Below, in pieces: positions 60,601 to 64,000 of a stretch of 64,000 nt of DNA (the first letter of the stretch is position 1; each line of letters begins with the position of its first letter). The position numbers and the translations under genes were made by a program. The DNA lies in NCBI RefSeq assembly GCF_024521635.1, contig NW_026250452.1, forward strand, positions 1-64,000, read 5' to 3'. The notes under the pieces were generated by a model. It saw nothing but the letters and a program-made list of their open reading frames with translations, did no database searches and had not been told where the DNA came from. This DNA is from Tricharina praecox (lineage: Eukaryota).

Positions 60601-63600
60601 TGGTAAGATAGCTGGGTTTGAGCAGGGAGATTTCAAGACATGGCCTACTGCCGGTATCCGACTGGAAGATGTCGCCGAGTTGGAGGCAATGATTCGCTGG
60701 AGGACTACTCGACGAGGGTGGATGGATTGAATCGGGGCATAAGCTATGTCTAAGGACGAAAGTGCGAAGAAAAGTTATCTCAACGCCCGCGGTTCTGGTT
60801 CTGGCCATTACTCTCATACGCCAGTCGATATTGTCCGCGTGTTTGTCTACGGACTTCTTTCCTTCGATTCCAATTTGTGCGAGGATAAGAAGAAGCCGCG
60901 TCACGGATTGAAGACGGCTAGAACGAGGAGGATCGAAATCATTAGCACCCCGTGGGGGTGTCATCGAGGAAGAAGATTGAAGCATGGAGATTGGAATCGC
61001 TGTGCCGCAATTATGGATCGCGGTGGGGTTGGTAGAACAATTGCGGGGCCAGATAGTTGTCCACGAAGAAGATATCGAGGAAGAAGCGCAGGAGGAGAAG
61101 GAGGAGGAGAGCATTAGCTTGGGTGGATCTGATCCGGATTCCGATCGAATCAGGTTCTCATGGCGCACCTCCGATTTTCGCCAACCAAATCTGGCCCCAC
61201 TACTCCTGCCGCGGGCGGTTGCCGGCGATTCCTCCGCAGCCGCCACACCACGTTTTGGTGAACACAAGTGGCGATCCACTGCGGGCACTTGGGATGCCTC
61301 ACAACCAGAACATCCTCGCCCGGTGTGACGATCCGGAGAAAAACTAGATGCTACTACCCCACGCGTCGACGGGGGTTGACCTCCACGCGAACGGAGCGCC
61401 CGAACGCTCAATAGTCGCAAACGCACTATACGGGTGGATTTTAGGCTTGCCGGTGCCGGTAGTCGTAACTACCGTGGACGAGTCCACCTGCTGTTACCAG
61501 GCTCACGGGTACGACAAGCCTCGGCGACACGTTTTTTACAGCGCTTCGATCTCACCTCTAGGATTCGTACGTTCCTTCCGTGCAGCAATCGGACATGTCC
61601 GCGGTACTGGTGGTGGTGGTGGTAGTATGTTTCTGGGTACGAATGAAGCCGGGTATCCCACGATGGAGATCCTCGCACCCCGCAACAGAGAACCGTGAAT
61701 GCTTGATATCAGCAGCCACATGGGATCCTGCCATCCTGGGCCAGAATGTCGTTCGATATGAACTTGTCACAATCCCTGCAAAGTTTATACGACTCGAGCG
61801 GGGAGGGCGAAGGAGGGGGCAGAGGCGAATGATTGGATATCGTTGAACGGATAAGTGAGTCGTCAAATAAATATAGAGCTTTCGTCTCGTGCAAGACGTT
61901 TGTGCTTTCGCGAGGTCGAAGGACTAAAGCACATGCCACACCGGAAGAACGGCACACCACACTAGTAGTGTCGAGTGAAGAGATACCTACCTTCAGGATA
62001 CCTTCTGGATATGTCTTTTTCCGTCGACGCAGGAATCTACTATTCGACACCGGTGATCCCGCCGCTGCAAGGATGGTGGCAGTCTTGCGGCTCGTCAAGA
62101 AATAAGCGTCTTGGTGGGGAAGGTCGGCGCTGAATCTAGAAGGCAGTCGACTATACCCGCCTTCAGCCTGATGTAGAGCACGCGCCGTCCAGAAGGCATC
62201 TTAGTTCGACCAGGCCAGTCGTGCGTGATTTTGCATGTTCCTCACGGGCAACGAATACGGTCGCTCACGAGTAGAGTGTGCAAAGTAGTACGATACATAC
62301 CTTCTTGAGAGAGTGCATGATCAGCACCGTCATCTTTGGGGGCCTCCTCTGCCTTACTCTCGCGGTGAATTCATCCGCACCCCCGACGACACCACGGGCA
62401 ATCGAATGGTCGGACTGACTGCGGGGCAACGTGGAGCTCGCTACCGTCAAATCTCACTTGGGAGGTAATAGTTTTATCTGCAATGTTTGGCAGCAGGCTT
62501 TCTGTATGTGGCATATTGGCCCTCCGACACGGAAGAAGATTCCAAGTAAGAAGCAGTATTCTCGTCTGGTTTTTTTCTTGTTCAAGCAATAATCTGGACG
62601 ACGAAAAACCGAACCGAGAAATTACCTCTTAAGTGAGTTACGTACTCTGATATGGTACCACTCTATCTTAATCTACTGTTTTTGATGTTTAATCATTGAC
62701 TGTCTGCGACCTACCAGTAGCTACCTAGATCATGGCAATCTACTCAACTCTACTGGACTTCAATCTGCAGGAATGTCACCAACAGACTATGCCCAACGAA
62801 TGCTAGCCACTGCATTCTAACGTCTGCTAGCGCGCGACACGGGTGGCTTTCGCATTGCACGGGTCGGAAAACAACGTGCGTTGACCGCAGATCTACGGGG
62901 AAAGCTTGTCAACCTTCCGTAACGTCACGTCTTACCCTTCGGTACTTTATTCATCTGGAGTGCCCTTTTACTGGGGTATGGCTGCCAGCCACGCTGGGAA
63001 TTTCTCGCCCGGACCGGACAGGCGGAACGATTATCCTGTCGGTTCCAATCGCAATCCGATGCAACTTTCGTGGGCGCCGGAAACGGGGACCACATCTTTC
63101 GAACTCACTCTTTCTGTGCGGCGGGAGAGAAAGGAAATCCCATGATGTGGGGATGTGTGTACTACCACCGCCCACCGTCCACGCGACTTTTTGACGGGAA
63201 GTAAGCGACATGAGGGGCTGGGAGTTGCCGACGATCATCTCCTCAACGGTAGATTTCTCCGGCTTCGGCACGTCTCTCACTCTCTCACTATGGAACGACG
63301 GCTGACTTCCGGTGCGACCCCAGGGTTTCCGGCGTCAATTCTTCTGGTGCACATGCGGTTTTTTTCCTTATTTGAGGGACGTGGGTGGATGCAGGGGATG
63401 ACACTTGTGAAGCAAGCGCATCATGAGGACTGCTGTGGTGTGCATGGCACTTGTGAGACAAGTGCACTATGATTCTGTGCAGAGGGAACAAAGAAACGTG
63501 GAAGGCAATGCAATGCGTCTCTTCAACCCCTCCCCCCACCCTCTGGATGAGACAGATAAGTGATCTCACCGGGCGAAGAGATCATATGGCGCCAGTACGC

Positions 63601-64000
63601 GGCTCTTCTATGTTGCAGGTGGCCAATTTCCAGGTCGAGAACCCAACCCCCCTGGGGTACCGACAGCGGCAAAGAGTGGAGGGCAGAAGGGAAGGTGTTA
63701 CTTCTCACCAGCCATCCTGGCTCGACTAGGTTGTTCCCCGCGGAGTCATGACACGATCTCCAGGACCGGGGGCCTACCTTCATGTATGTGCTCGAGTTGA
63801 GCTTCAAACAAACCCCCCCGCACGAATGAACGTGGGTGGGGGAGGGGGGCCAAACCGATGATCGCAGGAAACGAACCCAAACAGGCCGGCCGCTGCACAC
63901 TGCACCGCAGCTATGGCATATCACAATCAACCGGCTCGTTCAGGCTCCAACACACCTGAGCATGGGAATATATAGAGTGTTTTGTTTTATACGTCTGACA

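Noticed and set aside
60572..61426. 284-aa minus-strand ORF
   Set aside because: S/R-rich, no motifs; looks like a shadow frame
63994..64000. TCTGACA at the window end, identical to the solo-LTR terminus
   Set aside because: Only a 7-mer; no partner terminus or further similarity nearby
1..64000. Starship or other giant element with a tyrosine recombinase; rRNA/tRNA genes; telomeric repeats
   Set aside because: No recombinase, transposase, structured RNA gene or (TTAGGG)n tract recognisable in the window

Overview
Eukaryotic DNA from a filamentous ascomycete: short GT-AG introns with CTRAC/CTAAC branch points, a Zn2Cys6 factor, and Tad1-type LINE remnants. A Pezizomycete origin is plausible but not provable from the window. 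Four intact genes can be reconstructed: a 5-exon orphan (~929 aa) with three CCHC-like zinc-knuckle repeats (1265-4291), a secreted Cys-rich probably GPI-anchored protein (17098-17793), a 7-exon HLTF/Rad5-like SNF2-RING helicase lacking HIRAN (43761-46486, minus), and an ARO80-like Zn2Cys6 transcription factor (49158-52377). Most of the rest is repeat-derived. The dominant structure is a ~23-kb head-to-tail array (about 20.0-43.2 kb) of ~10 shuffled copies of a modular unit: palindrome-rich upstream block, TATA/pyrimidine-rich block, variable cargo, acidic segment, conserved 3' block. Two inverted copies lie at 52.7-57.2 kb. Several units carry a captured 3' fragment of the 2-oxoglutarate dehydrogenase E1 gene (KGD1). 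Nested in the array are a non-autonomous Helitron, a hAT-type MITE, 5'-truncated LINEs and minisatellites; paralogous empty sites inside the window support the Helitron, the MITE and one LINE. A probable solo LTR sits at 57435-57619. Repeat boundaries and unit counts were judged by eye and are approximate.
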